Positions 41,253 to 54,530 of a stretch of DNA of 64,000 nucleotides are shown piece by piece; the stretch's first letter is position 1; each line of letters begins with the position of its first letter. The stretch is from assembly GCA_049840735.1 (NCBI GenBank), contig JASGJN010000026.1, positions 416,001-480,000 on the forward strand, read 5' to 3'. Source of the DNA: Anaeromyxobacter sp. (GTDB taxonomy: Bacteria; Myxococcota; Myxococcia; Myxococcales; Anaeromyxobacteraceae). The notes beneath the pieces are model-generated. The model worked only from the letters and a program-made list of their open reading frames with translations. It was not told the origin of the DNA and ran no database searches. A program made the translations under genes and the position numbers.

Positions 41253-42070
41253 GCTGGCACGATTGGGAGGACGCGCCCTTCCCGCAGGACGTCTGGGACC
41301 AGCTCGCGGCGGTGATCACCGCCGCCGCCGACGAGGTGCGGGCGGGGCGCCGGCTGCTGGAGCGGGTGGGGCCGCTCGGGTTCGGCGCGCGCGCCGGCGT
41401 GGCCGAGGACGAGCCGGCGCTGGAGGCGGACGAGGCGGAGCGGCGCGCCCACGTGCACGTCCCGCGCGTGCGGGCGCTGCCGGTGATCCACCGCACCTTC
41501 TCGCTGGGCGCCCGGGCCATCGAGGCGCTGGGGGCGCGCGGCGAGCCGCTCACGCTCACCGAGGCGGCCGAGGCGGCCCGCCAGGTGGCGCGCGCGGAGG
41601 ACCACCTGCTCTTCGCCGGGAACGCGCGGGCAGGGGTGCGGGGGCTGCTCGAGCACGAGGGCGCCGTGCCGCTGCCGCTGGGGGACTGGACCGACCCCGG
41701 ACGCGCCGCCGACGCGCTGCTGGAGGCCGCGGCCAGCCTGGACCAGGCCGGGCGGCACGGCCCCTACGCGGTGGCGCTGGCGCCGGCCCGCTGGTACCAG
41801 CTGTTCCGGCCGCACCCGGGCAGCGGGCTCACGCCCTACCAGCAGCTCCAGCCGGTCTTCGCCGGCGGGCTGGTCAAGGCGCCGGCGCTGCAGGAGGCCG
41901 TGGTGGTGGTGACCCGCTCGGCCTCCGGGCCGCGCGTGGTGGTGGGGCAGGACCTGGCCGCCACCTACGACGGGCGCGAGGGGATCTTCCACCGCCTCTC
42001 GCTGGTCGAGTCGGTGACGCTGCTCCCCGGGGTGCCGGGGTCGGTCGCGATCCTGCGCGGCGCACCCTGA
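41249..42070 (+). CDS. Family 1 encapsulin shell protein (Linocin M18/HK97 fold)
   Basis: 'EDAPF..VWDQL', 'GRRLLERVGPLGFG', 'AARQVARAEDHLLFAG', 'GPYAVAL', 'VGQDLAATY'; ATGA-coupled to EncFtn. Confidence 0.9.
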   Translation: MSWHDWEDAPFPQDVWDQLAAVITAAADEVRAGRRLLERVGPLGFGARAGVAEDEPALEADEAERRAHVHVPRVRALPVIHRTFSLGARAIEALGARGEPLTLTEAAEAARQVARAEDHLLFAGNARAGVRGLLEHEGAVPLPLGDWTDPGRAADALLEAAASLDQAGRHGPYAVALAPARWYQLFRPHPGSGLTPYQQLQPVFAGGLVKAPALQEAVVVVTRSASGPRVVVGQDLAATYDGREGIFHRLSLVESVTLLPGVPGSVAILRGAP

Positions 42071-42102
42071 GCCGCCCTACCACCTGCGCCCACCTCCGTC
42101 CA

Positions 42103-42132
42103 CCCGGAGTCGACCGGCCCGGAGTCGACCGG
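42103..42132. repeat. Tandem 15-bp direct repeat (CCCGGAGTCGACCGG x2), possible regulator site
   Basis: Read directly; intergenic, upstream of the DUF2378 gene. Confidence 0.5.
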
Positions 42133-42234
42133 ACCGCAAGTAAACGTCCGCGGCCCCCTTCCGCGCGGCCGGTCCGGTGTGCTGGGATCGGTGGCCTGGG
42201 CGGGGGCGGCGCGCGCCCCCGGGGATGAGGTCCG

Positions 42235-42822
42235 ATGCCGACCGACAAGCAGGATCTGAAGGAGCGGGTCGCCCGCGCCACCGCGCGGGAGGGCGACACC
42301 ACCCGCGGGCTCAACTTCAACACCGTCTTCACGCTGGTGCGGGAGGAGCTGGGGGCGGAGGCGGCCAAGGCGGTCGATCCCACCGGCAAGGGCTCCCGCG
42401 TGGACTTCTTCTCCTACGCCATGGCCGACTACCTCTGGATCACCTGGAACGCGGCCGACCGGCTGGAGAAGCGGCTGGGCGGCGTGGAGGCGGTGTTCCG
42501 GGAGCTGGGCAAGCGCACCGTCACCGGGTTCCTGGGCTCGGCGCTGGGGCGCACCGTCTTCGCCATCGCGGGGCGCGATCCGCGCCGCGTGATCTCGGCC
42601 GGTCCCGCCGGCTACCGCTCGGCGGTCGGCTACGGCGATCGGCGCGTGGAGTGGCTGGGCGAGCGCGAGGCGCGCTTCGTGTTCCAGGGCGACTACATGC
42701 CGCCGGCCTTCCACGCCGCGGTGATCGAGACGGCGCTGCTCTCCACCGACGCGGTCTCGCCGCGCGTGGTGGGGCGCTCCACGGGGCCGCTCGACTCGGA
42801 ATACCTGATCAGCTGGAGCTGA
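42235..42822 (+). CDS. DUF2378-family myxobacterial protein
   Basis: 'TTRGLNFN', 'VDFFSYAMADYL', 'RELGKRTVTGFLGSALG', 'GYRSAVGYGDR', 'MPPAFH'. Confidence 0.75.
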   Translation: MPTDKQDLKERVARATAREGDTTRGLNFNTVFTLVREELGAEAAKAVDPTGKGSRVDFFSYAMADYLWITWNAADRLEKRLGGVEAVFRELGKRTVTGFLGSALGRTVFAIAGRDPRRVISAGPAGYRSAVGYGDRRVEWLGEREARFVFQGDYMPPAFHAAVIETALLSTDAVSPRVVGRSTGPLDSEYLISWS

Positions 42823-42926
42823 GCGGCAGGGGGCGTGGAGGACGGGGCCCCGGCCATGGCCGCGGCGATCGCGTGCCCCACGCCCCGGGGCTTGGATCCG
42901 CCCGGGCGGCCTGCTACCACCGCCCG

Positions 42927-43772
42927 ATGGCCCAGCCGGCTCCGCAGGGCGAGGTCGAGGCGGTCGCGCGCAGGATCGCGGCCGCCTACGCGGCGATCCC
43001 CGAGGTCGAGGCGGTGGCCATGGGCGGCTCCTGGGCCACCGGCCAGGCCACCGCCGGCTCCGACATCGACCTGTACGTCTACGCCCGCGGCGGCGAGCCG
43101 GCCCTGGGCGCGCGCGCCGGGGCGGCGGCCGGGAGCCCCCGGGCCGAGCTGGGCAACCACTTCTTCGAGCCGGGCGACGAGTGGATCGACGCGGCCAGCG
43201 GCATCCACCTGGACGTGATGTTCCGCGATCCGGCCTGGATCGAGGCAGATCTGGAGCGCGTGCTGGTGCGCCACGAGGCGTGGGTGGGCTACTCCACGGC
43301 CTTCTGGCACAACCTCCGGACCGCCGTCCCGCTCTTCGACCGGAGCGGCTGGTACGCGGCGCTGCGGGCCCGCGCCGCCGCGCCGTACCCCGCGCCGCTG
43401 GTGCAGGCCATCGTGGCCAAGAACCAGCCCCTGCTGCGCGCCTCGCTCTCCTCCTACGCCTACCAGCTGGAGCGGGCGGTGGCGCGGGCCGATCGCGTGT
43501 CGGTGAACCACCGCGTGGCCGCCTTCCTGGCCAGCGTCTTCGACGTGCTCCTGGCGGTGAACCGGCTGCCGCACCCCGGCGAGAAGCGGCTGCTGGCTTT
43601 CGTCGAGGCGAGCTGTCCGATCCGGCCGCCTGCGCTGTCTTCCCTGGTGGAGCGGTTGCTGGAGGCGGCGGGTCGGGGCGGGCCGGAGGTGCTGGCCGCG
43701 GCGGACGCGCTCGCCGCGGCGCTGGACGCGCTGCTGCAGGCCGAGGGGCTGCTGCCGGCCTGGCCGGCGTGA
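42927..43772 (+). CDS. Pol-beta-type nucleotidyltransferase with DUF4037-like helical domain
   Basis: 'AMGGSWATG....SDIDLYVY' (GS..DxD), 'HLDVMFR', 'HPGEKRL'. Confidence 0.8.
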   Translation: MAQPAPQGEVEAVARRIAAAYAAIPEVEAVAMGGSWATGQATAGSDIDLYVYARGGEPALGARAGAAAGSPRAELGNHFFEPGDEWIDAASGIHLDVMFRDPAWIEADLERVLVRHEAWVGYSTAFWHNLRTAVPLFDRSGWYAALRARAAAPYPAPLVQAIVAKNQPLLRASLSSYAYQLERAVARADRVSVNHRVAAFLASVFDVLLAVNRLPHPGEKRLLAFVEASCPIRPPALSSLVERLLEAAGRGGPEVLAAADALAAALDALLQAEGLLPAWPA

Positions 43773-43897
43773 ATCTGCGGGGCCGACTTCTCGTCGGATT
43801 TTTGGGAAAGGGAGCTAGCGCGATGTGTCATGAGGCAGAACGTCACGGCCCCGGCTGGGGCTCCGATCAACTCGGCTGCTCAGGCCAATATGCGCGG

Positions 43898-45400
43898 ATG
43901 CACGCGACCCGCTGGGCGTTCCTCGCGGCCTTCCTGGCCGCGTTCACTGCATGTGCGCACGGTCCCTCCGTCACCGGCGCTGGCGGTGAGCCGAAGCCGC
44001 TGCCGGCGCGCCCGTGGGGCGACGAGGTCCTCTACTTCGTGCTGGTCGATCGCTTCGCCGACGGCGATCCCGCCAACAACATCAAGGTGAAGGACGAGCA
44101 GGGCTACTTCCACGGCGGCGACCTCAAGGGCCTCACGCAGCACCTGGACGAGATCGCCGACCTGGGCGTGAGCGCCATCTGGATCAACCCGGTCCTGACG
44201 CAGGTGAAGGGCTACGTCACCGGCGCGGGCTTCGAGGACTGGGCCTACCACGGCTACTGGGCCGACGGGTACGACACGGTCGATCCGCGCTTCGGCACCG
44301 AGCAGGACCTGAAGGACTTCGTCAACGCCTGCCACGCGCGCGGCATCCGCGTGCTGCTGGACGTCGTCTACAACCACGTCGGCTACGACTCGACCTTCAT
44401 CTACAAGAAGGAGACCCGGAACCTCTTCCGGTCCGGGATCAACGGCCAGTGCGGCGAGGGCGACGACCTCACCGCGTGCCTGGCCGGCCTGCCCGACTGG
44501 AAGACCGAGGAGGAGCCGGTCCGGCAGTTCCTGTTCGCGAAGCAGCTGGCCTGGGCCAGCAAGTACGGCTTCGACGGCTACCGGCTGGACACGGTCAAGC
44601 ACGTGGAGCCCGACTTCTGGGTCGAGCACTCGAAGCTTGTCGATCAGCAGCTGGGCAAGGACTTCTTCCTGCTGGGCGAGGTCTTCGGCGGGAACAAGGA
44701 GTCGCTCTCGCCCTACTTCGAGGACGACGCGCTGGACGCCGGGTTCGACTTCGAGTTCCAGGGCCAGGCCACCGCCTGGGGCATGGGCCGGATGCGCAGC
44801 GTCGCGATGGCGAAGTACCTCGAGACCCGCCACCGCATCCCGAAGAACCGGTGGATGGCCCAGTTCCTCTCCTCGCACGACGTGACCGGCGCCCTGAAGC
44901 TGGCCGGCGGCGACGTGGACGCCTTCCGGCTGGCGGCCACGCTGCAGCTCACCGCCATGGGCATCCCGACCATCTACTACGGCGAGGAGGTGGCCCGGGA
45001 CATCGGCCAGTGGCCCGCCAACCGCTCCGACATGCCCTGGGGCGACAAGGCCATCGAGCCCGGCGCCGGCAAGCCGCGGAACGAGGCGCTGCGGGCGTAC
45101 TACAGGCAGCTGATCGGTATCCGCCGCGCCCACACCGCCTTCTCCCGCGGCACGCAGGAGAAGGTCTTCGCTGACGGTGACGTCCTGGCCTTCCTTCGCC
45201 GTGACACGAATGACGCGGTGGTGGTCTGCCTGAACCGGGGCACACAGCCTGCCACCCTCAAGGTACCGGCTCCCAAGGAATGGGGACAGGGCACGGTCAC
45301 CGAGCTGATCGAGGGCAAGAAGGTTGCCGTGACCGAAGGTTCGGTCGATCTGGTGATCCCGCCTAAAAGCGCCCGGATCCTGGGCACGAAGGCGCGGTAG
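43898..45400 (+). CDS. GH13 alpha-amylase family lipoprotein
   Basis: Lipobox 'FTAC'; 'VDRFADGD', 'HGGDLKG', 'YHGYW', 'DVVYNH', 'DGYRLDTVKH', 'LGEVF', 'FLSSHD'. Confidence 0.92.
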   Translation: MHATRWAFLAAFLAAFTACAHGPSVTGAGGEPKPLPARPWGDEVLYFVLVDRFADGDPANNIKVKDEQGYFHGGDLKGLTQHLDEIADLGVSAIWINPVLTQVKGYVTGAGFEDWAYHGYWADGYDTVDPRFGTEQDLKDFVNACHARGIRVLLDVVYNHVGYDSTFIYKKETRNLFRSGINGQCGEGDDLTACLAGLPDWKTEEEPVRQFLFAKQLAWASKYGFDGYRLDTVKHVEPDFWVEHSKLVDQQLGKDFFLLGEVFGGNKESLSPYFEDDALDAGFDFEFQGQATAWGMGRMRSVAMAKYLETRHRIPKNRWMAQFLSSHDVTGALKLAGGDVDAFRLAATLQLTAMGIPTIYYGEEVARDIGQWPANRSDMPWGDKAIEPGAGKPRNEALRAYYRQLIGIRRAHTAFSRGTQEKVFADGDVLAFLRRDTNDAVVVCLNRGTQPATLKVPAPKEWGQGTVTELIEGKKVAVTEGSVDLVIPPKSARILGTKAR

Positions 45401-45567
45401 CCGATCGAGGTATTGACGAAACGCGAAATTGGAAATTCGGCGCCGGACAATGCAGTGGCGAATCGTCCGGTACCCATTTGGCCTTTACCTGCGGCCCCCG
45501 ATCGGGTTTAAGACGAGCACGCTTTCCGACGGGCCTGGCCGCAGTACTCGCTGAGCAGGGGTGTGAC

Positions 45568-46656
<1,089 letters not shown>

Positions 46657-46691
46657 AGCGCACCCGGTCCCGCAGGCAGGAGGTGGTGACG

Positions 46692-47892
46692 ATGAGGAAG
46701 CTGTCTCTGCTCGCCCTCGCCGTTCTTGGGCTCGCCGCGCTCCCCGCAGCGGCCGCCGATCTGGTCGTGTGGCACGCGTACCGCGGCGCCGAGAAGGTGG
46801 CGTTCGAGAAGGTGGTCGCGAACTACAACGCCCGGCCCGGCGCCAAGGCGAAGGTCGCGCCGCTGGCCGTCCCGTACGACGCGTTCGCCGACAAGATCTC
46901 GGCGGCCGTGCCCCGCGGCAAGGGCCCCGACGTCTTCATCTACGCGCAGGACCGCCTGGGCGGGTGGATCGAGGCCGGCAAGACGGTGGAGCCGATCGAC
47001 TTCTACGTCGACGACGCCATCCGCTCCCGGTACATCCCGACCACGCTCGACGCGATGACCTACAACGGCAGCCTCTGGGGCCTGCCGCTGAACTACAAGG
47101 TCGTCAGCCTCATCTACAACAAGAAGCTGGTCCCGACGCCGCCCAAGACCACCAACGACCTGGTGGCGCTGGCCAAGAAGCTGACCAACAAGACCAGCGG
47201 CAAGTTCGGCCTCGCCTACGAGTACGGCAACTTCTACTTCAACGCGATCCTCTTCAACGGGTTCGGTGGCGGCGTCTTCGACGCCAAGGGCAACCCCACC
47301 ATGAACTCGCCCGAGAACATCAAGGCCTTCGAGTACCTGATGAAGTGGAAGGGCATGGGGTTCCTCCCCCGCCGAGCCCTCGCCCACCCTGATCACCTCG
47401 CTCTTCAACGAGGGCAAGGCCGCCATCGTCTTCTCCGGCCCCTGGTTCCTCGGTGAGGTCGCCCCGGACATCGAGTACGGCGTCGCGCCGCTGCCGATGA
47501 TCTCCGAGATCAACAAGCCCCTGCGCCCGTGGATGACGGTCGAGGGCGTGTACGTGACGGCCGGCTCGCAGCAGAAGGAGGCCGCCTTCGACTTCGCCAA
47601 GTACCTGACCGACGTCGACGCGGCCAAGATCATGGCGCTCGAGGGCCGGCAGAGCCCCGCCAACGCCAAGGTCTACGAGGACTCCAAGGTCGCGAGCGAC
47701 GCCATCCTGGCCGGCTTCCGCAAGCAGGTCGAGGTGGGCATCCCGATGCCGAACGTCCCCGAGATGACGATGGTCTGGTCCCCCGCGACCACGGCCGGGA
47801 ACACCATCCTCCGCGGCACGCCGCCGAAGGATGCCCTCGCCAAGGCCCAGGCCACGGTCGTCAAGGACGTGCAGGGCCTCCGCAAGAAGTAA
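46692..47892 (+). CDS. malE: Maltose/maltodextrin ABC substrate-binding protein; frameshift ~47370
   Basis: Signal peptide; 'GKGPDVFIYAQDRLGGW', 'LIYNKKLVPTPPKT', 'SGPW', 'PMPNVPEMTMVW'. Confidence 0.88.
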
Positions 47893-47903
47893 GTGAACCA
47901 TTG

Positions 47904-47934
47904 CCGCGGGGTCCGCGCCGAGCGGACCCCGCGG
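47904..47934 (+). other. Perfect 13-bp stem-loop between malE and malF
   Basis: CCGCGGGGTCCGC-gccga-GCGGACCCCGCGG; no U-tract. Confidence 0.8.
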
Positions 47935-47953
47935 TGCACCGCTGGAAGCGAAC

Positions 47954-49943
47954 GTGACCACGACGACGAAGACACCTTCGTATCGCCATCGGTTCCTGGC
48001 CGGCCTGGCCGCTGCCGCCCTGCTGGGCGCCGGGCTCGGGCACGTGGCCCTGCAGGCCGGTCGCGACTCGATCGTGGGCGCTCGCGAGCAGCGGAAGGCC
48101 ACGGCCTCCGCGCTCATGCTGGCCGACCTGGTGCAGCGCGCCGGTGGCAAGGGCGACCAGGTCCGCCAGGTCGTGGACACCTGGGCCAGCCAGGCGCCCA
48201 AGCCGGCCGCCGCCCAGGTCATCCTGCTCAGCCCGCCCACCATGGAGGCCTTCGCCGCCAGCGGTCCGGGCGCGCCGCCGGTGGGCGACCCCGCGCCGCG
48301 CGACCTGCGCCGGGCGGGCCCCAACACCGAGAAGCCGCTCTACGACCTCGTCCAGGGGCTGCGCGCCGCGGTCGGCAACAACCGCGACGGCGTGAGCGCC
48401 ACCAAGCGCGAGATTCGAGGTGGTCTCCGACGGCGACCGCCTCGCGGTGGCCGTGCCGCTGGAGCAGCAGGGCGCCGACGGCGCCGCCGCCGACGTGATC
48501 GGCGCGGTCCGCATCCTGGTCCCCGCCGAGCCCGCCGGGGCCACCCCGCTGTGGCCGCTGCTGCTGGCCATCCTGGCGCCGGTGGCGGTGATCGCGGCGG
48601 CGCTGCGCTTCCTGCCCGACCGCGCCTGGCCGATGTTCGCCGCCACGGCGGTGGCGCTGGCCCTGTCGCTGGGCGCCTACTTCGTCTGGGCCCGCGGTGA
48701 GGCGCAGGACGCGCGGGTCGACGCGCACCAGGACGTCTCGAAGCACGTGAAGGCGCTGCAGGCCGAGGCCATCACCATCTCCAACAGCCACGGCATCGCC
48801 GCCACGGCCGTCCCCCCGGGCAGCTGGGACGCCGGCCCGGAGCGCCGCCCGCTGGGCTACCTGCAGCCCAACGGCGACCTGGACCGGGCCCGGATCGACG
48901 CCACCGGCGCCGAGGCGGACGGCTCGGTCCTGCGGGTGATCTGGGTGCTGGCCGGCCTGGCGCTGTTCGTGCTCGCCACCGTCGGCTTCGGCGGCGTCCA
49001 CAAGGTGGCCGCGGGCTTCTGGAAGCACCGCACGGCCTACGGCTACATCACGCCGGCCATGGTGGGCGTGACGCTGCTGGTCTTCTTCCCGTTCTTCTAC
49101 GGCGTGACGCTGTCGTTCACGAGCAGCGACCTGCACACGGTCCACGCCTCGCCGTTCGACATCTGGATCGGCCTGCGCAACTACGCCACCATCCTCGGCG
49201 ACTGGCAGGTCGCGACCATCACGCCGGCCGGCGAGCTGTCGCTCAACTTCACCAACTTCTATTACACGTTCCTGTTCACGGTCCTCTGGACGGTCACCAA
49301 CGTCGCCATCGGCGTCACCGGCGGCCTGATCCTGGCCCTGATCCTGAACACCAAGGGGCTGGCCCTGCGCCCCATCTACCGGGTGGTGCTGATCCTCCCG
49401 TGGGCCATGCCGAACTACATCACCGCGCTGATCTGGCGCGGCATGTTCCACCGCCAGTTCGGCGTGGTGAACAACTTCCTGGCCATCTTCGGGGTGGAGC
49501 CGCTCAGCTGGTTCGACAACCCGGTCACCAGCTACCTGACCGCGCTCGCCACCAACGGCTGGCTCTCGTTCCCCTTCATGATGGTGGTCTCGCTGGGCGC
49601 CCTGCAGTCCATCCCGGCCGACATCTACGAGGCGGCCCGCGTGGACGGCGCCACCCGCTGGCAGCAGTTCAAGGCCATCACGCTGCCGTCGCTCAAGCCT
49701 GCGCTGGTCCCGGCCATCATCCTGTCGGTGGTCTGGACCTTCAACATGTTCAACGTCATCTACCTGGTGACGGGCGGTGAGCCGGGCGGCGCGACCGACA
49801 TCCTGGTGACCCAGGCGTACAAGTACGCGTTCCAGCAGTACCGCTACGGCTACGCGGCCGCGTACTCCACCATCATCTTCGGGATCCTGCTCGTGTACGG
49901 CGTGTTCCAGAACCGCATGACCAAGGCGTCGGAGGGCATCTAG
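47954..49943 (+). CDS. malF: Maltodextrin ABC permease with a long N-terminal extension; frameshift ~48414
   Basis: 'IGLRNY', 'ILPWAMPNYIT', EAA loop 'LQSIPADIYEAARVDGA', 'FNMFNVIYL', 'TDILVT'. Confidence 0.85.
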
Positions 49944-49945
49944 CC

Positions 49946-50839
49946 ATGGCGACGACGAAGCGAAGCCGCCGGGGCGACGAGCTGCCGCACGCGCCGCTGC
50001 ACGTGCTGCTGGTGCTGGCGGTCTTCACCACGCTCTACCCGATCTTCTGGGTGCTCACGATCGCGTTCTCGGGCCGCCAGAGCCTGGCCATCGCCGATCT
50101 GCCGTCCGACCCGACCACCTGGGACCGCCTGCGCGCGGTCATGCCCTGGCCGGCGCACTTCTCGCTCCAGAACTTCGCCTCCGTGTTCTCGGATCAGCCG
50201 TTCATGCTCTGGATCCTGAACTCGGCGGTGGTCTCGGTGGCCACCACGGCCCTGGGCGTGTTCCTGGCCTGCACCGCCGGCTACGCCTTCTCCCGGTTCA
50301 AGTTCCCGGGGCGGCAGACCGGCATGATGTCCTTCCTGGTCTCGCAGATGTTCCCCGGGACCCTGATGCTGATCCCCCTCTACATCATCATCGTCAAGTG
50401 GCTGGGTCTGGGGAACTCCCGCACCGGCCTGGTCATCGTCTACGCGACGACCTCCATCCCGTTCTGCGTCTGGATGCTCAAGGGATATTTCGATACCATC
50501 CCGAAGGAGCTCGAGGAGGCAGCGGTGATCGAGGGCGCTGGGCCTGCGCGCATCTTCTGGACCGTCGTGTTGCCGCTGGCCAAGCCGGCCATCGCGATCA
50601 CGGCCCTGTTCTCCTTCATGACCGCCTGGAACGAGTTCATCCTCGCGGCCACCTTCATGGAGGACGACAAGCTCTACACCGCCCCTGTGGGCCTCCGCTT
50701 CTTCGTGGGCGGCTTCAGCTCGCAGTGGGGCTACTTCGCCGCCGGATCGATCATCGTCTCGGTCCCGGTCGTCTTCCTGTTCCTCTATCTGCAGAAGTAC
50801 CTGGTCTCCGGTCTCACCGCCGGGAGCGTCAAGGGCTAG
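49946..50839 (+). CDS. malG: Maltodextrin ABC permease
   Basis: 'AGYAFSRFKFPG', 'QMFP', 'KGYFDTIPKELEEAAVIEGA', 'LQKYLVSGLTAGSVKG'. Confidence 0.92.
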   Translation: MATTKRSRRGDELPHAPLHVLLVLAVFTTLYPIFWVLTIAFSGRQSLAIADLPSDPTTWDRLRAVMPWPAHFSLQNFASVFSDQPFMLWILNSAVVSVATTALGVFLACTAGYAFSRFKFPGRQTGMMSFLVSQMFPGTLMLIPLYIIIVKWLGLGNSRTGLVIVYATTSIPFCVWMLKGYFDTIPKELEEAAVIEGAGPARIFWTVVLPLAKPAIAITALFSFMTAWNEFILAATFMEDDKLYTAPVGLRFFVGGFSSQWGYFAAGSIIVSVPVVFLFLYLQKYLVSGLTAGSVKG

Positions 50840-50887
50840 CCACCGCCTCGGGGGCGGGTGCAGCCACTCACAAGGAGGAGTGTAGGT

Positions 50888-53308
<2,421 letters not shown>

Positions 53309-53340
53309 CCTTCACCGCGTAGCTACAGCAGAGGCAGTGA

Positions 53341-53374
53341 GAGGCCGGGAGGGAGGCGACTCCCTCCCGGCCTC
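53341..53374 (+). terminator. Perfect 15-bp hairpin with GCGA tetraloop after lamB (terminator or mRNA-stabilising)
   Basis: GAGGCCGGGAGGGAG-gcga-CTCCCTCCCGGCCTC; weak U-tract. Confidence 0.65.
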
Positions 53375-53436
53375 GTCGTTCAGCAGGCAGTTGAATACCG
53401 ACCGCTTCGGATCGTCCCGTCTACGGAGGAGAGACC

Positions 53437-53907
53437 ATGATGAAGAAGCTCATGATGCTGTGCGGTCTGCTGGCTGCCGTCGCGTTCGCGCCGGCCACCC
53501 AGGCCGAGGATCTCAAGCTGCCCGAGGGCCAGGTTGCCGTTCACTACTTCCGCGCCGACGGCTCCTACGACGGCTGGGGCCTCCACGTGTGGGAGTCCTT
53601 CCAGGCCAAGGAGGAGGCCGGTGACGAGTTCGCGCTCAAGGAGATGAGCGACCGCCCCCTGCCCGGCGTGACCTGGTTCAAGCCGCTGCCCCAGTCCGGC
53701 AAGGACGACTTCGGCGCGTACTGGCTGCTGCCCGAGAAGGAGTTCAGCAACGGCCGCGTGAACTACATCCTTCACAAGGGCGACAAGAAGGACCAGTGCA
53801 ACAAGGACATGTTCTTCCTGATCAAGGACTCCCGCGAGATCTACATCAACTCCGGTGACTGCTCAATCTACACGTCCAAGGACGCGGCCCTGAAGGCCCG
53901 CAAGTAG
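53437..53907 (+). CDS. Secreted stand-alone pullulanase-associated (CBM41/PUD-like) domain protein
   Basis: Signal peptide; 'VHYFRADGSYDGWGLHVW', 'GKDDFGAYW', 'NYILHKGDKKD'. Confidence 0.8.
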   Translation: MMKKLMMLCGLLAAVAFAPATQAEDLKLPEGQVAVHYFRADGSYDGWGLHVWESFQAKEEAGDEFALKEMSDRPLPGVTWFKPLPQSGKDDFGAYWLLPEKEFSNGRVNYILHKGDKKDQCNKDMFFLIKDSREIYINSGDCSIYTSKDAALKARK

Positions 53908-54530
53908 TCGACGCATCCTGCTGTTCCTGGCGGAGGCGGCTGGACGGGGTCCGGCCGCCTCTTCCTGTCTTCAGCCCCCTGCGCGGGCCTCCGGCCGCGC
54001 CGCCAGGCTGGGCCAATCGGGCCCGCCGCGCCAGTCGGACGCCGCGCCGGATCCCGCGGGCGCTCCCCGGCGCGCGCGGCCACCGCTCCGCCGTCCGCCA
54101 CCGCTCCAGCGCCGCGGGATCCGATCACCGGTCCGCGCGCTGGGGCCCGGCGGCCCCGGTCAGCCTGGGCGTGAAGGGCTGTACCGGGTCTGCAGGACGC
54201 CGCCCGGTGGACCGGGCCCAAGGCCCGATCCGGCGCAGGTCGAAGGGTCCATTGCGGCCCGTCTGCCTCGGCGATTGGACTGGGGAAATTTCGTTCCAAT
54301 CGTCCCCTGAACTAGGGTCACCCCTCCCACGAAAAGCCTGATAGACGGGGTCAGTGACCCGGGGCGGGTCAACCCGGCTGGACGGAGCACACTCTGCGTG
54401 CGCGTCCAGACGGCCGGAAGGACGGCGATCCTTTGCTCGATGGGGTTGGAGCGCCGTTTGCTGAGGGGGGCCTGGGGCGCCGACCGCTTCGGCTCGCACC
54501 GCTTCACGCTCGTTCCACAGAAAGGCCGAC

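Noticed and set aside
41249..42070. Prophage capsid gene (HK97 fold)
   Set aside because: No phage genes nearby; the sequence motifs and the coupled EncFtn identify an encapsulin.
42927..43772. Nucleotidyltransferase as a defence or toxin-antitoxin (MNT-HEPN, CBASS) component
   Set aside because: No adjacent HEPN toxin or effector gene; it looks like a stand-alone DUF4037-type enzyme.
45405..45480. Sigma-70 promoter for malK at TTGACG (45413)
   Set aside because: The region is AT-rich and probably regulatory, but I found no -10 hexamer at 16-18 bp spacing, so no promoter is called.
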